This document shows, piece after piece, positions 17,768-31,600 of a stretch of 64,000 nt of DNA; position 1 is the stretch's first letter; every line of letters starts with the position of its first letter. Source of the stretch: Chrysomallon squamiferum (Eukaryota; Animalia; Mollusca); the NCBI GenBank assembly GCA_012295275.1, contig CM022665.1:24056001-24120000 (forward strand), written 5' to 3'. The notes beneath the pieces are model-generated. The model was not told the DNA's origin. It worked only from the letters and a program-made list of their open reading frames with translations, and searched no databases. A program made the position numbers and the translations under genes.

Positions 17768-18931
17768 AACAGTATGTTTGACATCATTTGCAGATTCTTT
17801 CCACTTTCTGCTAATCTGACAAAAATAATGTAACATCTTGTACAATAAATTCAAACATTTATTTATTTATTTTTAATTTTAATCCTAATATAATTGCTGG
17901 ATTGCTGGAACTTAAACTATCGATGAGCAGACCCCGTGTTTGTTTGTTTTTAACCTCTTTCCCGATATTTTTGTTGTTTCTTTTATTTCTTCATACTGTA
18001 ACTCATTTGATCTTGAAAGTTACATCTATCACAATGACGGCTCAAACCCCTTTTCTGAAATGATTAAGTCCTCAGGGTTTTCTAATATCATGATCGTGTC
18101 ATTACAGTTTTATTTCATGACAATATTTACCGATCAATTATCATAAATATTTCCCTACTTAGACGCCTTTTCGTAACTGTTACGCCATATGCTGCACTTG
18201 GTGGCATTTTTGCGACATTTTTATGTTGAAAAACGTCAATAGACCGATGACACGGCCTTTTTATAACTTGTATTTTTCCCTTGGGCGTGTGATTGATTAT
18301 CACTAAGTATATTTGTTCAGAAAACTACTTTTTATCGCGAAGAACTAATGAAACACACAACACCTGAATTGAACGGCTAGATCAAAGGGAAGATGAGTTT
18401 AACCATAACAGTTTGGTCGTCACATAATGTTTAAGTCGATCAATCTTATTGATCGCAAAAAGGCTTCCCATTCAATACTGCGGTGTTAAAAAAAACGGAC
18501 GATGTTGTTTTATTGCGTATAGCTTGCAGTCATTATACAATGAGTGAAATGATAGAGTGCGGTGCGTCAGATTATTATGGTGGCAGTTTACAAAGAAACG
18601 AATTTTGTTTGAATACGAAGAGATTTTACTACGGTATTAGCATCGGCTAATAATTGACATTATTATCATCAAATAGCTTTGATCTCTTAATACTGCCCGC
18701 TGTTCTGAAACAGGATATGGGTTAGTAGTTCAGACCAGAACCCTGTTTTCAGATAGCAACTGCATAACACTATGTTGTAGATATGTGTGTGTATGGGGTG
18801 GGTGGATGGTTTCATCTGTTTTTAAGTATGTATGAATGAATGTATGCCCGAGGATTTAATAGATAATAAAGGATTAATAAAATAACTGTTTTCGTATTAT
18901 TAAGCTGAAACATTATTATTATTATTATTAT

Positions 18932-18969
<38 letters not shown>

Positions 18970-20887
18970 ATAGTAGTAGTAGTAGTAGTAATCAACAATT
19001 AGCTTGGACATACCCAGAATAAATAAATAAACACACACACACACAAAATACATATTTATTTATTTATTTATTTGTTTGTTGGTATTATTATTAAAAGGTA
19101 GCTTAATTTTCAGGTGATATATCTATTTATCTATCTATGTGGGTTTTTTTTTTGTTTTTTTGTGGTTTTTGGTTTGTTTGTTTAATTTGTTATTCGGTAT
19201 CCTTTTTCCCCCCAATTAAAAAAGAATATTATAAGACAATAAAATAAGAAGCTCGTGGAAGACAATGAATACAGGCTGACATTTTACCTTTAATCTTTCA
19301 CACATCCTCAAGAGCTTGTTATTATTTGTTTTATTGCCAAATTTATTACTTGCAAAGATTGGACAACTATAATGAACACAATAGCGAACACTTTAACGAC
19401 CGGTTACAATAACAATAATAATTAGAAAATTCTGAGCAACCAGAAACGTAGAAAGAAGAAAAAAAAAAAACCTATCGTATTACACGCATGGACAGGTGTG
19501 TATTTCGGCGACGTTAGAAGTACGTTAGCATGTACGTTTGTTCTCGATTTCTTTTATTATTCAAGCTTACAGCAGTACTACAACGAAAAGCGGATGTTTG
19601 TTATGTTTTGCCTCACGAAGATTGGTATGACTGTTTACTTGACTAAACCAGACTAAGCGTGGTCTGTGATGCTTACAAGATGTTGCACATAAACGAGTTC
19701 TGCTAACGCAAACAAACAGCATCGTTCCTTCTGTCAGAGATCGCACGGACTTGTTGGTTACCAGTCAAGTAACCCAATTATATGGGCGCCAGTGGTAATC
19801 GTCGTCTAGTTAGTTCATTAACACTTTCATTATCTTGTTTTCACACCAAATGCTACGCACTTAGTGTGTAGATTCCTGTGTAATGAATACTGAAATGGTA
19901 CTAATACAACATAACACTTCCGTTAGTATTACTGATAGTGTAGAGAAAAACGTACTGCATTGAATATATTCATTGTTTGCATTCCTTGATATCGTACTTA
20001 TTACTACTACTGAAGCTACTGCAGCTGCTGTGACCGTTGCAGATTCTATTTTTTGTAACGCTGCAGCTGCTGTAACTAGTTTACTACTATTACTATAACA
20101 ACTACTGCTATTATTATTACTATAACAACGACAACTATTATTATTACTATGATTATTATTCTACTATTACTATTATTATTATTATTACTACTACTACTAC
20201 TACAACTTATTACTATGACTATTACTGTTGCTGCTTCTTCTACTATTAATCCTACTAGAACTACTACTACTGTTACTAATCTACTAATATAAATAGCCTG
20301 TAATTCAAACCAGAGTTGAAAAAAAAAAAGTGTCCTGTACAGTTATTTTAAATCTATAAAAATCTTTAAACGAGTTGCGGTGGAGATGCGATCTTTGTAG
20401 CAGTATGGTCGCACGGTCATCTCGTGTTTTAAACGAAAGACAGTTTGCTGCCGATTACTATGAGCAAAAAAGTGTTTGTACAGAATGTAGGTGATAAGCG
20501 ATATCACGCCTTGTAATCTGATGTATCTAACACAAAATAGGATACCTAACGTGTAGGTGCTAAAATATTCCTGTTGACTTTAGATGCACTGTTGGATTGC
20601 TTTCAGCCTGTATTCAAAATTTGCATCTTGACGTATTTTTAAAAATTTGTTTTTCCTTTAGCAGTATATGAAGTGTTATATTTATTTATTTATTTAAATT
20701 AGAAAAGAGCATTAATATTTTTATTGTTGTTGTTGATATTCATGTTGATGTCGATGTTAACGTTGTTATAATGGCCTGATCTTTGAAAGCGATCACTTTC
20801 ATCGAGTCATTATTAACAGACTGAAGTTTTAAAACTTGCAAACACATCTAATGAAACAAAACCAAAAAAAAAAAAAAAAAAAAACAT

Positions 20888-20924
<37 letters not shown>

Positions 20925-21464
20925 AAACGAAACACAATCGAGAACGGTCAGAATCATAAAACTTTGACGATTGTTACAACAATGTCCAGGAAGCTGAGAA
21001 GGGGGATGGAGGGAAAAGAGCCGCAGAAAGTAATAAAAGAATATGAAAAGACAAGAAGGGTTTCTGATTGTTCCTGAAGAACATGCATCTTCATATAACA
21101 TGTATAATCAGTTTGAAACAGACAGAATAGACGCTTTTGTAATCAGCCTGGAGGGAATAAGAAGATGGGGTGATTATGCATCAAACTTCAGCTTATTTAC
21201 ACAAACTTTTCTGATCGCTGCCAGAAGAGCCTCGAGTGAATGACGTCTGCAAGACTTTAAAAAACGAAAAAAAAAAGAAGAAGAAGGAAATCACGTGGAA
21301 TGCACGTGCCGAAACAGCTCTTACGCATAAATTATCTTGTCCAATTAGCTTATACAGAAAACAATACTTTAATCAAATATAAAAACACAGGAGTTTTTTT
21401 TAATTTTTATTAATCGTACATGTAAAAGTATTTAGTCGAGTATCTGAAAAACAAGAAAGACCTA

Positions 21465-21548
21465 TTTGAATACAGCGTACTAAGGGTTTGATCTCACAGT
21501 CTTTCACTCTTAAAGCCAGTGATTTAACCAGTGTACCACTAAGGTCGT
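21465..21548 (-). mobile_element. tRNA-like SINE head relic
   Basis: Minus strand gaccttagtggtacactggttaaatcactggc...gagatcaaaccc shows A-box/B-box-like spacing but no full cloverleaf. Confidence 0.4.
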
Positions 21549-21654
21549 TTGAAAAGTTTAGTTATTCTCAACTGATTTTCGTGATGATCATCAGTTACGT
21601 TTTTTTTTTTTTTTTTTTTAATATGCTGATATTAATGTAACATATCTGTTCAAA

Positions 21655-21890
21655 CACAGTTGTCGAAACACCGACCTAAAGGTTCTGGGATCGCATCTTA
21701 GACCCGGTCAATACAGGGAGTTAATTTGTAAAGCGAATTGCCATATCATTATAACGTTTCCTCTACCTTACAACATCATTAACACTAACACTATTTAGGA
21801 AAGACAGATCTAGACTGTGTGCCAAAGACAGACATGCTTGCAACTCAAGTGGATATAATCATGTTCAAAATGATTGACTAAGTGATTGTC
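21655..21890 (+). mobile_element. Decayed SINE copy
   Basis: B-box-like gggatcgcatct and 3' region gtgtgccaaagacagacatgcttgcaactcaagtggatataatcatg resembling a gastropod SINE tail (from memory); boundaries approximate. Confidence 0.45.
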
Positions 21891-24087
21891 TAGACGAGTC
21901 ATTCTGGGTATTTTAGTGAATAGGAATAAGATATATCTTTGTGTCTTGTCTGTTTCAGAAGATCTGACTTGGGGACAAATAAGACACTGTTTGTTTTTGT
22001 TTTTCTTTTCTTTTTTGACGTGAGGAAATAAAGCCATCATCATCAGCATCATAATTAATTTAAAAGCAGTCTAGATGCATGGAAATCTGTTTAAATCACC
22101 ATTTCACTAAATATAGTATATTTTTCAAACATTAATGCTTGTGTATTAAAATTTCATTGCTTCGGTTTTCCTAATTATGTGCACGAATACACAGGAAAAT
22201 AGTTATAATTAAAGAGGAAATTACTTACTTCAAAATACAATATTTTCTATAAATAATAACATTATTAATTACATATTCTAACTGGACTTCATTTAATTAT
22301 TATTATTTTACTATTTCTGCTGCTGTTGCTGCTATTGGTACCCCCACTACTGCTACTGTTACTCTTCATATTTCAACACATGGTGCTATTATTAGTACTA
22401 CTAGTACTATACTACTATTACTATTACCACAATTATTATTATTATTATTATTATTAATATTATTATTATAATTATCATTATTAACAAAATAATTATAAAT
22501 ACAGCCTATATCGATGTCAATAGAAATAGAGCCTAACCTATAATCATACTCGTGGACTAAAACTGAAATGTAGATAGACTCTGCTACGTGGCCAGATATA
22601 TTTATTGCATTCCATCTGACAATAGCTTTAAGCGAAATGTTCATCTTTAGCTAAAAACAGAACTACTTTTCAGATAACAGTGTTTACCCTTGTAACCATG
22701 GCGACATATTGAAACCCTTAGGATACTATCTTCCAGAGCGATATACGAACCTGCCACTTCAGGTAAAGTTATCAGAACTCTTGAAAAGTAAAGTTTCGGA
22801 ATTCAATTTGAATCGAACTCGTCCTTTTGTACGGAAAGTATTGACTCTGGTTACACGTTCAACATTCAGATATGGCCTCATCCTGAAAATGAAGACCATT
22901 TTAGAATGGCAAACGTTTTCGAGTATTTAATTTTATAGAATCGAAAAAAAATATATATCATTTATTATTTACAGACTGTTACAGTATCCCAGTGAGTATG
23001 CGTGGGTGATACTTTTTAGGAACGAAGCCTTTTTATTACATGTTTGGGTAAATGATAAAGGTTTCGAATCTTTGTGGGAAGTTGGTATTACGACAGTTTT
23101 GTGGGATAGGGATAATGATGTATGGCATTCGGATGCTTTACTATTTATGTTTAATGATCGGCACAATTCTACAACATTTCCTGAAATTATAAGTAACTCA
23201 AACTTCGAAGTTTGAAATTATTATAGACATATCAGCATTTATTGCTCCTATTCTAGAAAGATTATGTAGGTTATAACATGGATCAGCCATGGAGGATAAT
23301 AATTTAGAAACATATATATATATATATGTATGTATGTATATATATATAATTATCAGTAATACTAAAGACTGTTTCAAACTTTAGTGCACGTTCTGAAATG
23401 GTTGAGTAAGGCTGATATATATATATGTATATGATTAAAAAAATAGTAATAGAAGTTAGATAAAAAGAAAATATATTGTATTTTAAAATGGCTGTCACGT
23501 ATATTTTGTTTCACTGACCGTTGATCTACGTGAATTTTACCTACATAGAAAAAGTTAAACGAAAGAAAGAAAGAGTGAAAAGAAGCCCACAAAAATAACC
23601 GTGAGACAGAAACGCTAAAATATATGACACAACCGGTATTATCACAGATTAACACCCACAGATGCATATATATGAAAAACAAAACTGTAAAAAAAACAAC
23701 AACCAAAAACAAAATATATATTTAAAATATATAACTGAAAGTAAGAAAGGGTAAAAATTAAAATATAACACGGAGAAATTTTTACACTGTATCAAATTTT
23801 GCTGCCATATGGCGCTAATACTTAGTCCATGTTATATTTACGTACAAGATTAAGTACAACATCTGGCAAAGGTCGGAGAGTCTTAGCCTTTCCGATTTCT
23901 CTGTCTAGGGCAAAATAATATCTTTAAAAACATTATTTTTTAGAATACGTAAATCATAATATCTGAATGGAACCGATATGAGTTAGCCATTGAACCGGGG
24001 CTAACATACTAAATATATCATAATGGGGAACGACAGAAAATAACCCTTTTATTTTAAAGCCACTACAGGCATTTTCCGGGACAAATG

Positions 24088-24130
<43 letters not shown>

Positions 24131-24732
24131 CTCCTACATAATATTTTGTATCTAAGAGATACTGATGTAGGTTAATTATGGATCTCAGGCTCTGGGACTA
24201 AATATATCATAATTGGCAAAGACAGAAAAATCAATATTATCAATTTTAGTATTACGTGTTTTAATAAATAGCATGTCTTAAATATTTTCGAGAATGTCCT
24301 GGCTGTCTGGTTATTAATAAAGCACGGTACTCACTTCTTAAAGCAAGCTGTAAAAAAATATATATTACATCAGACGGTGCATAAGCTTTCTTTGAATTCA
24401 GAAATTATATTTGTCGGCTGTAGCAGCATATAGTGATCATAAAAATACATGGCTGTGAATCATACGACTGAATTAGTTATATGGAAGCAGTTATCGTTTT
24501 CGTTTATAAAAATAAAAGGCATCGTGATCTGTATTTTTCCAGACCAGGGTCCATAATCTTATATCACTGTGTAAACACAAATGTGTCGACTTTTGATAGC
24601 TGTAATTAGTTTTATAACTGACCTACATGATAGCTTATACTGTGTATGTTTGTCTTATTTTATTTTCTGTAGTTAATGTCACGTATATTTTAGTGACTAT
24701 GTTCAAATGATGGTGTGTTTAGTTTCTGAGGA

Positions 24733-24736
<4 letters not shown>

Positions 24737-24829
<93 letters not shown>
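24737..24829. repeat. (GA)n microsatellite
   Basis: Pure GA dinucleotide run. Confidence 0.98.
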
Positions 24830-24831
<2 letters not shown>

Positions 24832-25524
24832 TGTGAAGACCTTTAATAAACTGTGGTTTAACTTCAGAGCCAAAGAAAATTTTGAATTCATATTACTGAA
24901 AAATTGCTGCATATTATTCAAATTGGAATATTTTTGATACTAAAATGCAGGAAAATGTCAGCTAAACAAGCATTATATGAAATTCATCGAAATGAAGAGA
25001 AGCATAAAAAGGGGTTAAAAAAAATAAAGGAGAAAAAATTGAGCCATTAGGAAGGATATTTGCTTCTTCTTCTTTTCATTTTTAGAACGATTCTTTCTCA
25101 TATACTTTGATCTGTATTAAACAACATTTTTTATTTTTTATTATTATTATTATTTTTTTTTTTTCGCCCAATGGCTTTTCACAACAAGAACCTAATCGAG
25201 CCAGAAAAACTAGTCTATGATCCGTATTATTATTGACACGGCGTGTGCGCACTGGAAATCAAATGGTGATTTGTCAAACATGTAATCAAGCGTAGGGCGC
25301 AATCTGCGGAACCGCGGCACAAAACGTATGATTGGAACCAATTCTTCTCTCTGGCCCCCCGGTGCCGGGCTGTCTGCCACTTGTCTCATTTGCAAACGGA
25401 GGAATCTTCCATGGGTGAAATTTTCTGATGGAGCAAAGCTAGTTACATGTTCTGATGATAAAAAAAATAAAAAAAAAAAAAATAATGATAATAAATAATA
25501 AATAATTTAATTAATAAAATAAAG

Positions 25525-25538
25525 TAATGATGATGATG

Positions 25539-25600
<62 letters not shown>

Positions 25601-25630
25601 AATAATAAATAAATAAATAAATAAATAAAT
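25525..25630. repeat. Compound (GAT)n/(AAT)n/(AAAT)n microsatellite
   Basis: Directly visible. Confidence 0.95.
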
Positions 25631-27324
25631 ATCATTTCCTCAGATGTCTTTCAGTAAATATCGTTTAGTTTTTCATTTAACCATATATTTTTTTTTAATT
25701 TTATTAATTATTATTTTTTTTTCTTCATATATCTACAGAAGGTTCATGCATCGTTGTTTTGCACACACACAAAAAAAGAACATTACAACTCTCCAGTTTA
25801 AAATCCTAAATTTGGACTTCACCTTTTCAGAAATGGTATGGCGCACTTGCACCTTCGGTCTCAATCTTCTTTCAGAAATTTCAACAAACCTCTTTATCTT
25901 CCAGGCCCTTTTTTCTTTTTTTTTTTTTCTCTCTCTTCTTGTTCGTTTTACATTTTATTACATTCTGGCATAGGTCTTTTATGGCTTTAATTACTGTACT
26001 ACTATTACTTGTAAATTATTTTGCCATTATCAATCAGTGGCTGTGCTTTTTCTAAGCGCATATTGGTTAATTCAGTTTTCGAAGACTGCAAACCAAACAA
26101 ATTGGATTCCAAAAGAAGTTTTCTTTAGGCAGATAAAACCACTTTGTCCACGTTGAGTGCGATGCTCTTTTTCTCGTAAGATGGTTGTGTGTAAGGTGCT
26201 GGCCATTCATTACGCGATCGGCAAATCAATGGGGGAAAAAAAAAAATAAAGCGAAAAAAAATGTATATAAAGTTCTAGAATAGCAGAGAGTTACTGACAA
26301 AATTCTAACTTTTTAGTATTACGTCTCTCGCTAACATACTTTTATTGCGAAAATTAGATTTGACTTTGGTTTTATATTCGTGTCTTGTACGTATCTAATC
26401 TAAATACAGTACGATTTTTTCTTCTGTTAACTTTTATTTTATTTTATTATATTATATTTTTTTTTTATTTAAAAAAAAAAAACAACAAAAAAAAAAAAAA
26501 AAATTAAGTTTGCAGTTTCTATTATCTTGTCGTTATTAAATTATGTACTTTGGTTCCTTTCTTTCCTTTTTTTGTTTTCTTTTTGAATCGTCCCACGTTA
26601 TTGCCGAAATAAAAGTGATTAAATATCTAAACTCATTATAATTTTAAACAGAAACAGAAATGATTTGAAGTAGCAAGAAAGAATGAAATAAAAATAATAA
26701 TAATAAAAATATAGATAACTCGATCCCCCGAAAAAAAAAAAGACTTCAGTGAAGTTACTTAAAAACAAATATGGTTACTTTATAGTATTTGTCTTCTGAC
26801 TACCATTGCCATAGCTCATAGAAACTATGCTTTCATGCGGGTTTCTCATCTGTCTTTCCAGGTAGATGGCATATTTCCAGGCAGTAAGCATGCGTGTCTT
26901 CTTATATTCTGTAGCTGTTTGGAATGCTTGACGTGCTGTTCATAATGCGAAGTTGAGTGTGTTAGCATTTCTCTGCAGGTTCGTTGATGTGTCTGTCATT
27001 TCTGATAAAAGTTACACACGAGCAGAGACTCCCAAGTGTTAGGCGAGGTGTACCGCGTCTTGCTTATATGGATATCTGTAACTGAATGCGAAAGAAATAT
27101 TTTTGAAAAAAATTCTTTTTTTCTTTTTAAAAAAAAATATTTTCCAGTTTGTTTGTTTGTTTGCTTTATTTTTGTTGTTGTTGTCTTCGTCATCATCATC
27201 ATCATCATAATCATCCGCATAATTATTATTTATTTGTCTACTTACTACTATTATTACCACTACTGCTACAATTTCTGTATATATTCTTTTATTTTTTACT
27301 CTTTTATTTTATTTTATTAGTACC

Positions 27325-27327
<3 letters not shown>

Positions 27328-27418
<91 letters not shown>
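27328..27418. repeat. (CT)n microsatellite
   Basis: Pure CT run. Confidence 0.98.
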
Positions 27419-27421
<3 letters not shown>

Positions 27422-28554
27422 TTGGATGAGATTCGGATCACAGATGTCGGAAAAATCTAACTATCAGTCAGTCAAAGCCATGTCTATATCCATCTTCATC
27501 ATTTTAAAAAGATCTCTGTATCTATTGAAGGATAAATGAAAAAAAAAGAAGAAAAAAAAAAAGAAAGAGGGTGTGAGAAGAAGACATTGTGAGGCCGACG
27601 GATAACTGAATAAATTAGGCTAATATAATATGAAACATATGAACGTTTATGATTTATCTCTAACTGTATCTGGTTTCAGGCTATATGTTTACCACAATCG
27701 GTAGTCTGATACTTATTCTCAGCTGGAAGTCAATTTTTTGTGTGTATGTTCCCTGCTGATAAGTAGACAGAACTGCCAAAGCGTGCTTGTAAAAAGTTCA
27801 AATGAGCATGGGGAAGCCGATACGTATTATATTAGCTTATCTTATATGAAACCTTCCTATTTAGCATAACCCATTCATAACATACAGGTATAATATTTAC
27901 AAACAAAGGTGGCAGGCTATTAATTTTCTTGTGTCAGTTTGACGTTAGATTATTTTGTGGAGTTTATTTTTTTTTCTAAAATATATGGGCCTCTTCGTGT
28001 TGATATTTCTGAAACATATTCGTAAATAAAATACAGGACAATTTTTCCTGTAAGCTGGTTTATTTTATTTTGCTTGTATGCTGGTTGTTTGTGGTCGTTA
28101 CAAAGTATTTCTTAATATCTAAAGACTAATGCGAGTTCACCGACCGCCGGCAATGACCGTCGTCGACCGTGAACAACAGAAAGCCAGACACTGGACAACA
28201 TGGTTTCGTCTGCTCTGTCGCTCAGTTTGACAATGGTCGGGTAATAATATCAGTAGATGTATATGGAGTATCTTCGACGTTAAATCAAACTGACTGCTTT
28301 CCTAATTCTATACGACTATATGCATTCATTTCCATGTTTTCTGTTTTGCTAAACTCATTCAAAAGTTCTGCCACATGATGAACGGAGGCATCCTGAAGTA
28401 CAAGGACACTCGAAATCTAATTATTGCTTCGTTCTGCACTCTCGAAATGAATCAATATTCATTCAGTCTTTGGCTGTCGTCTGTAGTCTAGCGTACACGC
28501 GGTTCTCTTCATGAATTTACACTTAGAACTTTCTTAGCTTCTTTCGGCGGTTTC

Positions 28555-28636
28555 ATTTATTAGCTTTTGGGGTTTTGTTTTTGTTGTTATATATATATAT
28601 ATATAAACAAAAACAAAACCCCAAAAGTTAATAAAT
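28555..28636. repeat. Near-perfect ~82-bp palindrome centred on (TA)n
   Basis: atttattagcttttggggttttgtttttgtt ... aacaaaaacaaaaccccaaaagttaataaat; 31-bp arms with one mismatch. Confidence 0.92.
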
Positions 28637-31600
28637 ATATTGTTGTTATATCTTTAATTTTTTTTTTTTTTTTTTTTTTTTTGTAAACTGTAGATACACC
28701 ACAAATTAACTAGCGATCAAAAAATTTATCTTGAAACTATAATGAAAAGCATTTATAATCTTAATCACACACAGACACACACACACACACAGACACAAAC
28801 ACACACACACACACACACACACACTTTAACACATTATCGATCTTTAAGTTATGTGTGCATTTATTTATTTATTTATATTATTATTATGTAAATATTAAAA
28901 ACTGCACGCACACACACACACTCACATACACACAAACACATAAATCAAACTTTAATTTATTTATTTAACTTAATACTGTTGCCGTTGTTGTTGTGTTCTA
29001 CCAACAGAGCCTTATTATTGTTCGCTCTTTAATTTTCCGGCCAACATTTTTTTTTTTTTTTTTTTTTTTAGTTATAATTAAACTAATATTACTTTTAAAG
29101 TTACAGCCTATTATAATCATATTTTGTATGTTTATGTTTCTTCTTCTTCTTTTTTTCTTTTTTCTGTCTTTCTTTCATTTCCTTCTGCAACGGTGTTTTG
29201 CATACAAATTTATCATAACTGTTTCTTTAACAGCTTATCTCTTAACTGCAACTGTTTTGTATTATACACATATTTATACATTTAGTCCGCAACAATGAAG
29301 TTTAAATTTCTAAGTGGTTAAATGCCCGACTAGGTCTTATCCCGTCAGATTTATTCCGGGTCGGCCCTTTACCGATTTGTTTTCGTTTGTTAAAACATTA
29401 TTTGGCCATTAGTTCCAAAATGTCTTCGAATTAGCCGCTGATGAGCTGTTTTATGACCGCAGATAAAACATCCTGTCGCCATATACTATAGTGTTTTTTT
29501 CTATATACTTCTTCGTTTGCATTGCCATTTATTATGATTCAGCAGCCAGTGGGCCTTTGAAGTTTCCTGCATCTCACTTATCGCTTCATTTCTGTCGCCT
29601 AATTTCTTATAGATTAGGTATTAGCACATCCAAAACCGGCTTAATTTGTAATTTTCTCTTTTACCATTGAACGCAAATGAATAGGTGAAAAACACGAATT
29701 TTATGGAAAAGGAAATAAAGGTCAGAGGCAGCAAGGCAATTTGCGAGTTGCTGCAAAGAAACACTCTAATCGAAGGTGGAAATAGCGTTGCTCAGTCTGC
29801 GACCTAAAACGATATTGCAATAAAAAGAGTCGTCATCAAAACGTGCAGTCAATAAAACGACTCGAGTTTATTCATCGTTGTTGATAGCTATCGAACTATA
29901 TCGTAAGTGGTTAGGGATTTAGGAGAGAGGGAAGGTAAGAGATGATCACGAGGAGAGGGGGAGGTAAGTGGTGTAAGTAATAAAGGAAGATAAGCAGAGA
30001 TGGGGAAATAAAATAGAAATGACGAAGGGTATAGATACTTATGACAAGGACTCGGTAAGATAAATGATGACGGAAAGAGGTATGGAATATTGGTAGTACG
30101 TACCGATGGTAGGGAATGTAAGTGAAGGAAACAGATGGCTCGGATAGGGGAGCATAACTGGTGACGAGATTAAGGAAGATAAGTGACACTGAGATGACGG
30201 GTACATACTGACTAGGATAGCGGAACAGCAGTCATGGAGGCGTGGGTGACAGTTTGGTTATGGGAGCCAGCGTCGTTGATTTTCCCAAAGTTAAGCGCAG
30301 ATTAGAGCAAAAGTACCGATATGTTCTCGCTTTTTCCTAGTTTTCCCCATTGTTTTGCCGTAATTTGAAAATGCAGTTGCCCATCTCCCTGAAATGTATG
30401 CTAATGAGGACAACAGCGACGAGTTTATGAAATAGGCAGCATGGTACATAATAGCGTACTATAAAACCACTACTATCTTTAAAAAAAAAATAAAAAAATG
30501 TATTGTTATTATCTATAAAAGTCTGTATGATATTTATTAAACGATAGGCAATTTCTGTACAAAGACCTCCGTCTTCTTGAACTTCATTTGGATATAAACA
30601 CCAAAATAGGTTAAAAGCAGCAATAATAAGATGTTATACCATGTATAAATATCATGAGAACATAAAAAGCCATTCCATAACCGACACATGCCTTTAGGAC
30701 GTAAGTTGGTAACTTCATTTAAAGTTTCATTCAGAAGTAGTATGCAATACATTAGAGCGATTTATCTTTATTAATTACCAATGCATTACAGCGATTTTAC
30801 CTCATTATTGTCAGCAAAAGCTGCAGAAAATTCTATTAAATGTAGCATACGTGTACGAGTAAGCAGATTCGCAATAGCTGTTTGGAAGCATGTCAGGGTC
30901 TAGACTTAACGTGCTTAGAGTAGTTCAGTGTGGATGATGCAACGCTAGGAATATGGGGACTGAGAAGCTAACGAGAGAATATACGAAAAGTGTGACTGCG
31001 TATTTAAATGAACTGCACTTCAAGAGAAGATGTTCATTTAGCCACAGATATTCGCCAGCATGATGTCTGATGTGGAAGGGTGCGAATTACCACCACCATT
31101 CCGATCTATCACCCTGCCAATACATTACTGTGTTATAACGGGTTCCAATTTCATTATCTGATTGACCGATTTGGTAAATGAACAAGAACCGTTCGTTTTC
31201 TTTCGTGTGACACCACCATTAAAACTGTGAAACCACCGCCACTTACGCGGCATTATGGTGTGTGATAAATCGAATTTTGATTGCGTGTGACAGGTTTTAA
31301 TAAGCTAGGTTTCAGCGTAAAATTCAGCTGATGCGAGGTAATTACATTCGTCTCCTACGGCACGTGACGGAGTAAGACAGTAGTCCAGCGGCTGAAAGAA
31401 CATCTCAGTGGCCCCGTTCCAGACTGACTGGTTTTACCAAAGTCCACGATATTTGATTTTGTTAGCTTGTGCTGTTAAATGTTACACCGAGGCTTTCCTT
31501 TCTCGTGTTACCATTATACAAACACTCACTGACTAATATATATTATAATGCTTCATATAAAAATACGCTGAGGTATCGTTAAATGTTTATTCATTCGTGT

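Noticed and set aside
21465-21548. Possible tRNA gene
   Set aside because: Only degenerate A/B-box-like motifs, no cloverleaf; better explained as a SINE head
22790-22890. Faint resemblance of FGIQF...SGYTFNIQIW to the piggyBac transposase GIK...GY motif
   Set aside because: Spacing is wrong, a stop lies immediately upstream and no other transposase motifs or TIRs are visible
29438-29470. CTGATGAG-ctgt...gcag hammerhead-like start
   Set aside because: Lacks the required GAAA and cleavage-site elements
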